From Octopus vulgaris (Eukaryota): a stretch of DNA of 64,000 bases. Position numbers and translations under genes: made by a program. This document shows positions 38,491 through 52,159 of the stretch, one piece after another. The notes under the pieces are model-generated. The model searched no databases. It saw nothing but the letters and a program-made list of their open reading frames with translations, and was not told the DNA's origin. The stretch spans positions 36,022,001 to 36,086,000 of the forward strand of contig OX597828.1 in assembly GCA_951406725.2 (NCBI GenBank), given 5' to 3'. Every line of letters begins with the position of its first letter. The stretch's first letter is position 1.

Positions 38491-41400
38491 ATGGCGAGGG
38501 TTTACCATATTCGCCATAAATTGAAGTTGATTTTATTTATAGTCTTTACTCTCTTGACACCACAACTCATTTCTATAGCAACGTCATTGGTGCCAAGCTG
38601 TATCAACCTTTCCCTTTTCTCTTGGATAACATCAATGGCATAGAGAGGGGAGGTTGGTATGTATAGATGACTCCTGGTCTTCCAAAAACAACCTTGCCTG
38701 GACTTGTGCCTCAGAGGATAACTTTCTAGGTGCAATCCCATGGTCATTCATGACTGAAGGGGGTCTTTACCTTTAACCCCCTTGAAGTTTTGGGGCCTTG
38801 TGCTGAATTTAGTAGTAGTTGTGACAGAAACAAGGATGAAAATAGCTTTTAAATTTGCAGATTGGGGGGGTGGGAATAATCCTCCTCACCAGGCCAATTC
38901 TTTTTTCCCTTAAGTGAATGAATGAGAAGTTAGTCATCGCAGTATATTACTGGTATTTATGGTATTTAGTATAATTAAAAAAAATTTTTTTTGTACACCC
39001 TCTCCCTCCTACTTCCAGAGTAACAAAGAGAGGTTAAAACGAGTTAACAGTGACAAGAACTATGGAAACAATGGAAACAATACATAGTTACTTCCCTTGC
39101 TACATTGATTACCCGTTATATTCTTTATGTCAGAGAAGGGAGGGTCTTCGACTGACTTAATTTGCTATAATATATAGCAACATTTCCCTCATATAACTCC
39201 ATTGTGCTAAAGAACAACAATACATTGAAAAAAGTATTTATATACAGCGAGAAAATCTTTTAAAACTAAAGTGACCGGGAGCCAAAAAAAAGATGGACAA
39301 TGAATGTAGGATTAAAAATAACATTTCAAGAGGTTTAGGCATGGCCACATGGCTAAGAAGCTCCCAACCTCATGGTTCCAGGTTCAGTCCCACTGCATGG
39401 CACTTTGGGCAATTGTCTTCTAATATAGTCAAGGGCCGAAAAAACTGAGATTAGATTTGGTCGATGGAAAGTGAAATAAGCCCATTGTATGAGTGTGTGT
39501 GTGGGTGTGTGCATGAGAGAGAGAGAAAGAGGAAAAGAGTGAGAGAAAGAGATGGAGATTGTGTGTGAGAGAAAGAGAGAGAGAGTGTGTGTGTGTGTGT
39601 GAGTGTGTGTGTGTGTATCAGTGTGTGGCTCTTCATCCTGATATCACACAGAAGTTGTAAAATCGCAAAAGCTGGTTTAGTCAGTTCCAATCTTCCACGA
39701 AAACATGTCCAGTTAGTCATGGGAAAATACGTTGCTTGGAAACTAGTGATGGTTGGCAACAAGAGCTTCTGGCCATAGAAAAATCTGCCTCAACAAATTC
39801 CATCTGACTCATGCAAGCATGGAAAAGTGGGAGTGAGAACAGATCAGAATAAATCAGAGACAAGGGAGGTGTACCATGTCTTTCTCAAGATGTTCCATGA
39901 ATGGAACCACCTGCTTATTAAATTAAAATCTAAGGAATGGGTATTCCACAGTTACAGGCACATCTCCCTTCATCATCATTGTCATCAGATTTAACGTCCA
40001 CATTTCTATGCCTGCATGGGTCAGAATCAGTCCGGTGAGGCTGATTTGCTACAGCTAGATGCTCTTCCTGTTGCCAACCTTAACTTGTTTTTGAGTAACA
40101 TAATATTTCCCCACAGCCAGACATGTTGTCATAGAAAACTAGAAATGAAAGACACTGCTTGTATGTTGGTGGCACTTGTTTACAATACTCCCATAATGTC
40201 AGTCGACAATTTCATCTCAATCGGAGAGGGGCTTTCTCCGTCCAGGTTGCGGATCCGTGGAATAAGCTGCCGGACGAGATAGTGAAGATGCCGACTACCG
40301 CTCGGTTCAAAGTCTCCCTTGACCACAAATGGCCTGAACTCCTTGCATGAACACCACCCTGTACATAACTCCATGTCCCCCTACATGGCCTTGCTTTTTG
40401 CTTTTTGAGCCAAAAAATTAACTTAACTTAACTTAACTAAGTAGACAGTGAGTCTGACACACACACACGACACTTTGGGGAAGTATCCTCTACCATAGAC
40501 TAAGGGCTAACTGAAGCCATGTGAAATTTGATTAGTGGAAACTGAAAGAATCTCACAAATGTGTGTGTACATCTTTTATCTTTTACTTGTTTCAGTCATC
40601 AGACAGTGGCCATGCTGGGGCACCGCCTTGAAGAACTTAGTCAAATGAATCAACCACGCTACATTTATTTTTAAAAAGCCTGGTACTTATTCTACTGAGA
40701 GCTTTTGCTGAACTGCTGAGTTATGGGGATGTAAACACACCAACACCAGTTGTCAAGCAGCAGTGGGATAAATATAAAGACAGACACACACACGCACACA
40801 CACACACACACATATAATGGGCTTCTTTCAGTTTCCATCTACCAAATCAGCTCCCAAGGCTTTGGCCTGCCTGTCATTATTGTAGAAGACACTAGAGCAG
40901 GGTGCCACCAGTGGCATGTCCCACCACACTGGCATGGGCTGGACTGTGCAACAGGACCCAGGATGTCAAAGGACTGCATTGTGTTCTGGTATCCGCTTTG
41001 ATATGGTTACTCTTCCTAGCGCTGACCACTATATTTAGTGTATTTGTTGACCCAAGGCTGTAGTAAAAGATACTTGCATAGAGTGCCTCACAGTGGGACT
41101 GAACCCAAGACAACATGGATGGGAAGCAAACTTTTTAACTACACAGCCATACTTGGGACCGTAATGCAATTTTCAAGAAGGCTCAGATATGGTCTTTTAA
41201 ACAGGCTTTTTCTGGTTTTTCCATTTCTCATTGAATTATAGTGAAGTAGATGGCCGAGTATTCCATAGAGACTCATAGTCAAAGTGACACTATGGCCGCT
41301 TTCAAATGCAGTCCATTCAATGAGCCCCTGTGTAGTTCTCATCCGGCTAATTTTACTTGGTGGCTTCGGATTAATCTGAAGCTTTACAAGCACCACCAAT

Positions 41401-41651
41401 CTCAGATATGAAAGTAAGATTTCTGTTAGGATTTGAACTGAGAACATAAATGAATACTGAAGGGTAGTTTGCCAGGTACTCTAACATTCCTGTTGGGCTA
41501 GTGTCTTAATAATAATAATAATCCTTTCTACTATAGGCACGAAGCCTGGAACTTGATGGAAGGAGAAAGGTCAATCACATCGACCCCAGAGCATAAATGG
41601 TATTTAATTTATTGACTCCAAAAGAATGAAAGACAAAGTCAACCTCAGCAG

Positions 41652-41990
41652 AGCTCATGTGTTGAGAGGAATTCTTTGGAGTTTGAATAATTCACCTTTG
41701 GAAACATGGGTGTTTCGTTCAACATTCTTAAACAACCCTTATTCAGGGACCCTTTGAGCAGGATGGGTTACTTGACCTGAAGAAAATTCTAACTGGGCCT
41801 CACCTGCAAGGTCATGTGCTGTTTATCTTGATATGAGATCACCATGTCATGCACATGTGGTTGTGATGCATGTGCCTGGTGTACCCTTATCAGATGAGTA
41901 GTCATGATTGGTTTATTGGGCTTTGTATATTTTACCCCAGTGTCACTTTGATAGCATGCGGTGCTCTCTCACTCAATAATGATAATAATG
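41652..41990 (+). mobile_element. Probable R4/Dong-like LINE 3' end
   Basis: Starts with AHVLRGIL-like coding remnant and ends in an (aat)n tail; inserted in a SINE cluster. Confidence 0.4.
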
Positions 41991-42729
41991 AATCTTTCTA
42001 CTATAGGCACAAGGCTTGAGAATTGGGAGAAAGGGCTAGTCAATAACATCGACCCCAGTTCTCCACTGGTACTTATTTAATCGATCCCAAAAGGGTGAAA
42101 GGCAAAGCTGAATCCTTTCTACTGTAGGCACAATGGCTGAAATTTCGGGGAGGCTGAGCTAGTAGATGGAAACTGAAAGAAGACAGTCATGCGTGTGTGT
42201 GTGTGTGTGTGTGTGTGCGTGTGCGTGTACATGTTACTCTCTCCCTTTGCCTTCACATTGCGTGATAGTTGTGAGTATGACCGTCATGCAAGCAGTGTCT
42301 GTTTCCAAAGTTCCATGAAAACAGGTCTGGTCTGGTCATGGGGAAAATATTGTTTCATTCAGAAACAGGTGAGGGCTGGTGACAGGAAAGGCATCTGGCC
42401 ATGAAAAACCTGCCCCAACAAATTCCGTCGGATCCATGCAGGCTTGGAAAAGTAGATGTAAAAACAACAATGATGAGTAACATAATCAAGAGCTCATACA
42501 CTTGCCAGGTTCAACAACCCAGAGGGGTAGCTTTGACAGGGGAGACACACAAGGTCAAAACACTTCAGTGCCTCAAAATCGCCTTATACTTTGGTTGGCC
42601 CAAGGCTATAGAAAAAGACACTGATCCAAGGTGCCATACAGTAGGACTGAACCTGGAATCACATGTTATGAACACAGATCATCTAAAAGGTGCAGATGTT
42701 GTCTGATAACAACAAAAATAACAGTAAAC

Positions 42730-43136
42730 AGTACTGTTACTGAATATCTCTCGTTGTGAGATTTACAAATAGTAATTTTCTAATTTATAGATCAGTAACT
42801 AGTTGTCAATTTGAAAACTATATATTTCGAATGGGAATTTGGCAGTGCCACCTCTAGCCAAACAATTATTCCGTGCTGATGAAGAGAAATAATCCAGAAA
42901 TTGTGATACACAGATATTGTTTTGAGCTGAGTGGGGATGCTAGATTCCCTTGCTCGAAAATATAAGGACACAGATCGTGTCGTATGGCTAGCTGGAGACA
43001 ATGTCTCCTGGGGCTAAATTACAGCAACATTAGTCCTAAACCAGGACTGCCGTGTTATGTTGGCAAACAATCTTTACTCCAAAGTACTGTTGCTGAATAT
43101 CTCTCGTTGTGAGATTTACAAATAGTAATTTTCTAA
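42730..43136 (+). mobile_element. 353-bp unit with 54-bp terminal direct repeats and a hammerhead-like motif (retrozyme or pseudo-LTR-like)
   Basis: 42730-42783 repeats at 43083-43136 with one mismatch; ccgtg-CTGATGA...GAAA-ttgtg-ATA-cacag at 42871-42913. Confidence 0.6.
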
Positions 43137-43286
43137 CAGCAAACAAATATTCACATTTGAATCTGTCAGAACATTTCAAGAAAGAATAGATAGGTTATCG
43201 CTTGGATTCTCACTGCTCTGCATGCACCCCATGAATTTTTTTCTTTTTGTTTTCTTATGTTTTCAATTAGATGGCTTTATACTCAC

Positions 43287-43423
43287 TTGTGGGCTGAGCC
43301 TCCTTCTGTAATTCCAGCTACAAAGATTCCAATATCACCTTTCTTTGAGCCTTTCCCACCAGCAATATGGATCCCTAAACCATTTTCATCTTTCAATAGA
43401 TGGAGTTTCGTAATAAGTCTTCT
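43287..43423 (-). CDS. PDZD2: PDZD2/big-bang-like multi-PDZ gene, exon A (first identifiable exon; N-half of PDZ-a)
   Basis: ttttcag acceptor, gtgagt donor; RRLITKLHLLKDENGLGIHIAGGKGSKKGDIGIFVAGITEGGSAH; phase 0 to 2. Resembles PDZD2 PDZ2 as recalled; orthology is inferred. Confidence 0.9.
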
Positions 43424-43644
43424 CTGAAAACAAACAAAAAAATATATAAATAAATAATCAATGATTAATAATAATAACAACAACAACAACAACAACAACA
43501 ATCCTTTCTACTAAAAGAATAAGGCCCGAAATTTTTTTTTGGGGGGGGGGACTAGTCAATTACATTGACCCCAGTGTTTCACTGGTACTTAATTCATCAA
43601 CCTCTGAAAGGATGAAGGGCAAAGTCAACCTCAGCAGAATTTGA

Positions 43645-43683
<39 letters not shown>

Positions 43684-43689
43684 AATAGG

Positions 43690-44440
43690 ACAATAGGCCA
43701 ACACTACAATATAAACTAACAAGAAATGGTATAAACATGTGCCAAACAATATACATGACAATGACCAGGCCATAATCATTTGGGATATGCTTGTTCAAAC
43801 TAACAAAGAAATCAATCACCCAGATATAATAATCAAGGATTGGGAAAAAAAAACACCTGCTTACTGATAGACATTGCAGTCTCTTCTGATCAAAATATTG
43901 TCCCCCCAAAAAAGTGGAGGAAATGTTGAAGTACAAAGACCTCGAAATTGAAGTATTCAAAACGTGGGGCATGAAGGTGAAAACAATACCAGTAATAATA
44001 CAGTTCTATATTTAAAAGATGAGGAATTATGTATATTATTTTCATTTGACGCCATATGCCCAAGGGCATATGGTGTAGTGGTTAAGAGTGTGGGCTACTA
44101 ACCCCAAGATTCCAAGTTTGATTCCAAGCAATGACCTGAATAATAACAATAACATTGAAAAATACCTTAGGAATGAGAACCCAGGTTCGAAATTTCCCCC
44201 AAGACACCTGATAAAGGCTGGAGGGTATATCAGCCGAAATGGTGTGTTAACAACAAACAAGAGGAGGACAAATGTCTGTCGAATGTAAAAAATACCAGTA
44301 ATAATAGGAGCATTGGATATAATAAAAAAAAAATATATGAGCAAAAGCCTAGAAGCTGTACCTGGACCTTCAACACTACAGACTATGTAAAAATTAGCCT
44401 TGCTAGGAACAGACTCCATCCTATACATGATACTATCAAT
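43690..44440 (+). mobile_element. R4/Dong-like LINE fragment (restriction-like endonuclease region) split by a family E insertion
   Basis: KWYKHVP...IIWDMLVQTNKEINHPDIIIKD, KYKDLEIEVFKTWGMKVKTIPVII, then GALD...KLALLGT after the insert. Confidence 0.75.
44001..44290. mobile_element. Family E element with full tRNA-like head and 16-bp TSD
   Basis: TSD AATACCAGTAATAATA at 43985-44000 and 44291-44306; A box TGGTGTAGTGG 44071-44081, B box-like 44115-44125; mutated hammerhead 44203-44248; inverted tail at 44001-44050. Confidence 0.85.
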
Positions 44441-45168
44441 TCAGTAATACAATCCAAATAATCTACAAACACAACATTTCTTTCTTCTTTATCAATTATT
44501 ATTATTGTTGTTATTAAGAAGGCAGCGAGCTGGCAGAATTGTTAGCACACTGGGCAAAATACTTAGCGGCATTTCACCTGTTGCTACATTTTGAGTTCAA
44601 ATTCTGCTAAGGTTGACTTTGCCTTTCATCCCTTCAGGGTCAGTAAATTAAGTACTAGTGAAACACTGGTTATATCAACATCTGTACAGTACCAATTCTA
44701 ATATTCACTATTCTATTAATTCTACTATTCTTCAATGGCAGTAATATCAGCAATTCCTTATATCAACACAAAGACAGAAATTTGCTGGTGAGGAATAAGG
44801 AGGTTGTGGTCAATCTCACTCAGCACATGAAACTCAGTCTAACTAATAATAATAATTGTCGTTGTTGTCATCATCATTATGCATTTTAAATCCGGGTTTT
44901 GTCCCTGCTAACGAGGGTGGCTTGATCTGTCTCAATGCCATAACAACTGCCTTTGTTTTCCTTTTCCTTGCTTCAGTCATTGGACTGCAGCCATGCTGGG
45001 GCCCCATCTTGAAATGATTAGTCAAACAAATCAACCCCACTGCTTATTTTTGAGCCTGGTACTTATTCTATTGGTCTCTTATGCTGAACTGCTAAGTTAT
45101 GAGGATGTAAACAAACCAGTATGGTGTCAAGTAAGTAGGAGGAACAGACACAAACATATATACACACA

Positions 45169-45225
<57 letters not shown>

Positions 45226-45505
45226 GAGGCGCAATGGCCCAGTGGTTAGGGCAGCGGACTCGCGGTCGTAGGATCGCGGTTTTGATTCCCAGACCGGGCG
45301 TTGTAAGTGTTTATTGAACGAAAACACCTAAAAAAAAGCTCCACGAGGCTCCAGCAGGGGGTGGTGATCCCTGCTGTACTCTTTCACCACTCTTTCTTCT
45401 GTTGGCCTGCTTGCTTAGCCAGCGGGGTGGCGTCATTCGAAGGCTAAAACAATGCGAACGCATTGTGACCAGCGATGTGTAACTACATCTGATGGACTGG
45501 TCGAT

Positions 45506-45541
<36 letters not shown>

Positions 45542-48500
45542 CACACACACACAAGGGGCTCCCACAGTTTCTGTCAACTAAATTCACTCACACAGCGCTG
45601 GTGGTCAATCCAGGACTGTAGAAGACACTTGTCCAAAATGCTGTGTAGTGGGATCGAACCTGAAACCACACGGTTGCAATATTCTATTTCATCAAGCCAC
45701 GAAATAGCTAAAGCTAAGTTGATCTTGACAGGACTTGAACTCAGAACGAGGGTACTGACAAATCTACACACTGTTAGGAGGAATTAACATTTCTTTTCCC
45801 AACAGACGCCATGGAGGAAATTAACACCAGAGTTCTTCAATAATCGGCACAAAGGAGGCAAAATACACAAATATGTGAATTGGTTCCATTACAAAACTTT
45901 TTCTTACAGTCACTCCTTCCATCCTCCTACTCTCATTCATTCATAACTTTACTCCATAATTTCCTTCTACACAGTTCATTTATTTCCTCCTTTATGCTTA
46001 CTCATTCATTTATTGCCTGCTTTTCACTCACTCATTCTTTCATTAACACCTTTTCTCGTTCCCTAGTTCACTCAGTTTCATTCATTGAATCAGCTAATTT
46101 TTTTCTGTTTTCTTCAATTATATATTTATTCATTAGCCTCCCAACAATCTCATTTCTTAATTTCATCATTCATTCGCAATAGGTTCCTTCATTCCAATAA
46201 ATTTCTTCATACACCCACTCATGCTTCTTCCCCGCTCTTTCTTTCATTCCAACCATCATTCCACATTCGCTCATTCATGACCTTACTCCCACTGCATCAG
46301 CTTCATTCATTCCAATTTTTCCTTCATTCACAAACCCACCTCTGGCTAGCTTTATTGATCCCCTTGCTCTTTTTACTTCTCACTCATTCAATCATCCACT
46401 CATTCATTTCTCCACTTATCATTCACTCTTTCGTTACCTTTCTCATCAACCTTATTAACTTACATCTTTCCTCTTTAAATTACTCATTCACTCAAGCAAC
46501 CTCGTTACATAACTCATTCTCACAAACCCTGTCCCTAATTAACTCATTCACAACCTCATTCACTTCATCACTTCTATTGACAATCATTCAATTCAAACTT
46601 CCTTCCACTTGCATCCACTTTATTCCTTCCACTCGCATCCGACCATCTTTATTCCTTTCTAACTCATTCAACCACTTTGCTACTCTTTCATTCACAGCCT
46701 CCCACTCACTCACTCCCTTATTCACATCCTCTCACATATCATTCGTTCGTTCCTTTCTTCCTTCCTTCATGTGTCCTCTACTACTCTACTTCCTGTCTAT
46801 TGCTCACTCGCTTGTTTAATCAATCCTTCCATCATCTGCCCACTTATTCATTCATAATTTCATTCATTCACTCACTATATCTTGTCTGTCCGACAATCTA
46901 CAAGTCTGTATATATTATGTTATACATGCAGGTATGTATGTGTGTCATAAGAACGTATGCATGTATTTATGCATATCTTTATGTATGTATGTATGAGTGG
47001 TGTATGTCTTCATGTATCATGCATGTGTGTGTATATATGTATTATGTTATGCATGTATGTTTGTCATATGTATGTATGTATGTAGAGTGGTGTGTCTTCA
47101 TGTATCATGTATGTGTGTATATATGTATTATGTTATGCATGTATGTTTGTCATATGCTTGTGTGTATGTATGTATGTATATATATATGTGTATATGTATA
47201 CATATATGTACGTCTCCCTAAGGCAAAAACTCAATCATCCACTAACACACAGACATTCACATATCCTCCCACCATCACTCAGTCACCCCCCCACCCCGCC
47301 AATTATCATTTACTCATTCACAACTTTCATCATCAGCAGCAACAGCATTGTCATCATCACAACTGGAATTCACGAAATCACCTCCCACCCCACCTTCAGC
47401 CATGCTGACATTCACCTTTTGACACCCACTCCCCACTTACACTCACAACGCCCTCGTACTCAGCCCTCCACCACTCACTCACACTCACACTCACATACAC
47501 ACATTGACATCATCAATAAATTCCGTCAGAGACAAAATATAAATTCCTTTGCAGGTGCAGCATCAATTCAGAGATAGCAACATGATGAAAGAGGGGTGTC
47601 GTCGTCGAAGGAGGTCAGGGAGTTGCAATATGGCAAAGTGGCTGGGGGGGGGGGCGAAGGGAGTGCTACGTGGTTATTGTGCTTACTGTGCGGAACAAGG
47701 CTGTTTGTGGGTCGTGGCGGGGAGGTGGTGGTGGTGGTGGAGGTGATGCAAGAGTGGGAGATGGGGGGTGGAGGACAGATGGTAATTGGCAATCGCGGTG
47801 GGGTGGGGGGGTGAGCGATGCGTAGAAGATGGATGAATGATCATCGCACGTGAGTGGGTAGGGTGGATGGGGTGTGTGAGATATGACCTAGGATGCTGGG
47901 GGGGGGGGGATAGGGGGGACAGGCTGGAGATTCCGATTGAAATGTGAAGGTGAGATGGAGGGAGTAGGGTGCAGAGTGAAGGAGTGGGGGGTGGGGTGTT
48001 CTTGCTCCAATCAAATAACCAGTGTTAGTTAAGGAAGTCATACCATACTACGCAACCCCACCTTTTTTTTTTATATCCACATGGTCAATCAACCTGCTAG
48101 AAACAACAGCCAAATATCCTTCAAATCATGCTCAACCATCCTTCACTTTATATTTTACCATTTGTTTCAGTTGTTGGACCACGGCCATGCTGGAGCACCA
48201 CCATGAACTTTTAGTCGAGTGGATCAGCCCCGGGACTTATTGTTTTAAAGCTTAGTACTTATTCTATGCGTCATCTCTTTTACCAAATTGCTAAGTTACA
48301 GGGACATAAACAACACAACACCAGTTGTCAAATAATGGTGGAGGACAAACACATAGACACACACACATATATCATCATCATCATTTAACATCCGTTTTCT
48401 AAGCTGGCATGGGTTGGATGGTTTGACAGAAGCTGACAAGGACAAGAGACACACCTGATTCCATCATTTTGGTACGGTTTCTAAAGCTGGCTGGAAGCCT

Positions 48501-50055
48501 TTCCTAACACCAAACACTTTACAGAGTGTACTGAGTGCTTTTTATGTGACACTAGCACCAGTGCTATCATATGTATGTATGTATGTATATAATATCATGA
48601 CCGTGTGGTAAGAAGCTTGCTTCCCAACCACATGGTTGTGGGTTCAGTCCCACTGCATGGCACCTTGGGCAAGTGTCTTCTACCATAGCCTCAGGCTGAC
48701 GAAAGTCTTGCAAGTGAATTTGGTAGACGGAAACTGAAAGAAGCCCATCGTATATATGTATATATATATATATGCTTGACAACCGATGCTGGTGTGTTTA
48801 CGTCCCTGTAACTTAGCAGTTCGGCAAAAGAGAATGATAGAATAAGTACAAGGCTTACAAAGAATAACTCCTGGGTTCGATTTGCTCAACTAAAGACGGT
48901 GCTCCAGCATGGCCACAGTCAAATGACTGAAACAAGTAAAAAAAAAATAGAAAATAAGTACTACGCTTACAAAGAATATGCCTTGGGTCGATTTCTTCAA
49001 CTAAAAAGACCCTTTAAGGCGGTGCTCCAGTATGGCCGCAGTCAAATGACTGAAACAAGCAAAAGAATACATACAACAGACTTCCACACAGTTTCCATCT
49101 ATCAAATTCACTCACTCACAGGGCGCAGGTTGGGTCAGGGCATTAGTAGAACATACTCACTTGAAGTGCCCTTTGGTGGAACTGAACCCAAAACACATGG
49201 CTGCAAAGCAAGCTGTTTAACCATACAGCGATGCATTCTTTTCTTTACCTTTTTGTTCTTTATTGCAATGGAATTACATTTTGGGTGAATGTAGCCCAAC
49301 ATACACTATGATTGAATTCAAGACAGGATGGTCGTGGTTGGAAGTCTTTCAATCAATATAGTTGGCTAAACCAGGGCTGATGAGGAGCTAGACCACCACC
49401 ACCACCACCATTGCGATGGGGAAGAAGGGAACATACCACACAAATGCTATCACCACCAAAATCAGGGTCTGTCTGTCTGTCTGTGTGTCCAACATGTTTG
49501 AAATTGACACCCACAACTACACCACCACCACCAATATAAAGCCAGGGTGGGAGCCTCTGCATGATTATCTGACTTGCTAGAAATAGCAGCCAAAATGCCC
49601 TTGTATGACACCCTCCCATCTTAAAAAGTAAAGCTACTTTGAATAATGCAGTCTTAGATACCACGAAAATAAATAAATAAATAAATAAAAGGTTGGTTAT
49701 ACCACAGATTTGCTCGATCAAGGTAGACTTAGGATTAAGCAACAACATCAACTACAACCACTAACAACCTCCGGTGTCTAACAGAAGCATCGTACATATC
49801 AGTCACTGTCTGCTTGTCCACAGTATTTCAATTTGGAAGAAACCCTTCCTGCTCACCCACCAATCCCATCAGCAACACCACCACCACTACCACCTTGCCA
49901 AAATAAAAACTGCAGCTGACTCATCCTGCTTCATCAGCAAACATTCCAATACCATTTGCCCAATTCCAGATCCCATTTATTTGTATACTTCTTTATTTGT
50001 TTTTTTTTTTCTGTTGTTATCTCATTTTATTTGATTTTATTGCGATTAAAGAGAA

Positions 50056-50098
<43 letters not shown>

Positions 50099-50101
<3 letters not shown>

Positions 50102-50317
50102 CGGCGAGCTCTGGCAGAATTGTTACTGTGCCAGGCAAAATGCTTAGCAGTATTTCATCTGTCTTTATGTTCTGAGTTCAAATTCTGCCGAAGTTGACTT
50201 TTACCTCTCATCCTTTTGGGGTTGATAAATTAAGTACCTGTTGCGTACAGGGGTCGATCTAATTGACTGCCCCCCCCCAAAAAAAAAATTTCAGGCCTTG
50301 TGCCTATAATAGAAAGG

Positions 50318-50349
<32 letters not shown>

Positions 50350-50570
50350 GGTAGTGAGCTGGTAAAATCCTTAGCATGCTGGACAAGATGCTTAGCGGCA
50401 TTTTGTCCGTCTCTCCATTCTGAGTTTAAATTCCGCCAAGGTCAGCTTTGCCGTTCATCCTTTCGGGGGTCAATAAGTTAAGTACCACTCACGTACGGGG
50501 GAGGGGGGGCACTTCATCGACTATCTCCTCCCCACAAATTCTAGGCCCTGCGCCTATAGTACAAAGGATT
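50099..50570 (+). mobile_element. Two tandem SINE family C copies (Meta-domain-like core)
   Basis: ggcggcgagct..ggcagaat...tcatcctttcgggg..ataaattaagtacc; many others, e.g. 10050-10225, 14270-14480, 25840-26220, 34855-35050, 44518-44670, 51310-51640, 61300-61720. Confidence 0.8.
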
Positions 50571-50609
50571 ATTATTATTACAATTATTTGCTAAAGTCAA
50601 AAATGGCAT

Positions 50610-51306
50610 GTAAAATGCACCATAAAAATGTAGTCATTGCCAGTGCTGCCAGACTGGTCCCATGCCAGTGGCACGTAAAAAGCACCATTCAAGCATGGGT
50701 GCTGCCAGAGCCGCCTGACTGACTTCTGTGCCAGTGACACTTAAAATGCACCATTCGAGTATGAGTGTTGTCAGTGCCACCTGACTGGTTCCAATGTCAG
50801 TGGCATGTAAAAAGCACCATTCGAGTGTGGCCGTTGCCAGCGCTGTCTGACTGGTCCTGTACCGGCGGCATGTAAAACGCACCATTTGAGCGTGGCCGTT
50901 GCCAGTGCCACCTGACTGGTTTCCATGCTCATGGCATGTAAAGAGCACCATTCGAGCATGGCCATTGCTAGTGCTGCCTGGCTGGTCCCGTGCCGGTGGC
51001 ACGTAAAAAGTACCATTTGAGCAGGGTCATTGCCAGTACCGCCAGACTGGCTCCCCATACTGATGGAACATAAAAAACACTATTTGAGCATAGTTCGTTG
51101 CCAGTACCGCCTGACTGGCTCCAGTGCTGGTGGCACGTAAAAAGTACTCACTACACTCTCGGAGTGGTTGGTGTTAGGAAGGGCATCCAGCTGTAAAAAT
51201 ATTGCCAGATCAGATTGGAGCCTGGAGCAGCCTTCTGGCTTGCCAGTCCTCAGTCAAACTGTCCAACCCATGCCAGCATGGAAAGTGGACATCAAACTAC
51301 GATGAC
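50610..51306 (+). mobile_element. RTE-derived 3' end with about nine diverged 60-bp units
   Basis: Repeated gccagtg...gactgg...tggcatgtaaaaagcaccattcgag units followed by the common tail. Confidence 0.8.
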
Positions 51307-51643
51307 GAAGGCGTTGAGCAGGCAGAATCGTTAGCACGCCGGACAAAATGCTTAGCAGTATTTTGCCCATTGCTACAATCTGAGTTTTTATATTCCGCCA
51401 AGGCTGACTTTGCTTTTCATCCTTTCAGTACCAGTGAAACACTGGGGTCGATGTAATCGACTAGTCCCCGCCCTCAAAATTTCCAGCCTTGTGTCTATAG
51501 TAGAAAGGATTATTTGCCAATGTCAACTTAACCTTTCATTCCTTCAGGGTCAATAAAACAGAGTAGCAGTCAAGTACTGAGCGTAATGTAATCAACTTGT
51601 CTCGTCCCATCAAAATCACTGGCTTTGTGCCAAAATTAGAAAC

Positions 51644-51689
<46 letters not shown>

Positions 51690-52159
51690 GTAATAACTAT
51701 TACTGTTGATAGAATTATTATTACAATAAAAAAAAATACACCTATCTCTGAATAGGGTTCTGGTTGGATTGAAACTGAATAAAGCCTGCGTGTGTGTGTG
51801 TATCTCATCATCATCATTATTTAAAGTCCGTTTTCCTTGCTGGCATGGGTTGGATGGTTTGATTGTAAACGTGCAAGCCAGAAGGCTGCACCAGGCTCCA
51901 ATCTGATTTGGCAAGGTTTCTATAGCTGGATACTCTCCCTAACACCAACCACTCCAGGAGTATAGTGGGCCTTGACTACAATCCCACTTGGCTTGACAGG
52001 TCTTCTCAAGCAGGGTATATTGCCAAAGGGTCTCAGTCTCTTGTCACTGCTTCTGTGAAGCCCAATGCCCAAATCATTTAACTTTATTGTAAATGAGCAC
52101 CATCATTACACAAGCAGGGGGGGGGTTTCCAGTTTTTTGTATGAAACATGTCTAGCTAT

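Noticed and set aside
45225-45300. Apparent tRNA genes (also 11268, 31085, 44064)
   Set aside because: SINE heads that run on into repeat bodies without a proper acceptor stem or terminator.
46085-47408. Two ORFs of about 244 aa
   Set aside because: Low-complexity TCAT/TGTA-derived sequence with few stop codons.
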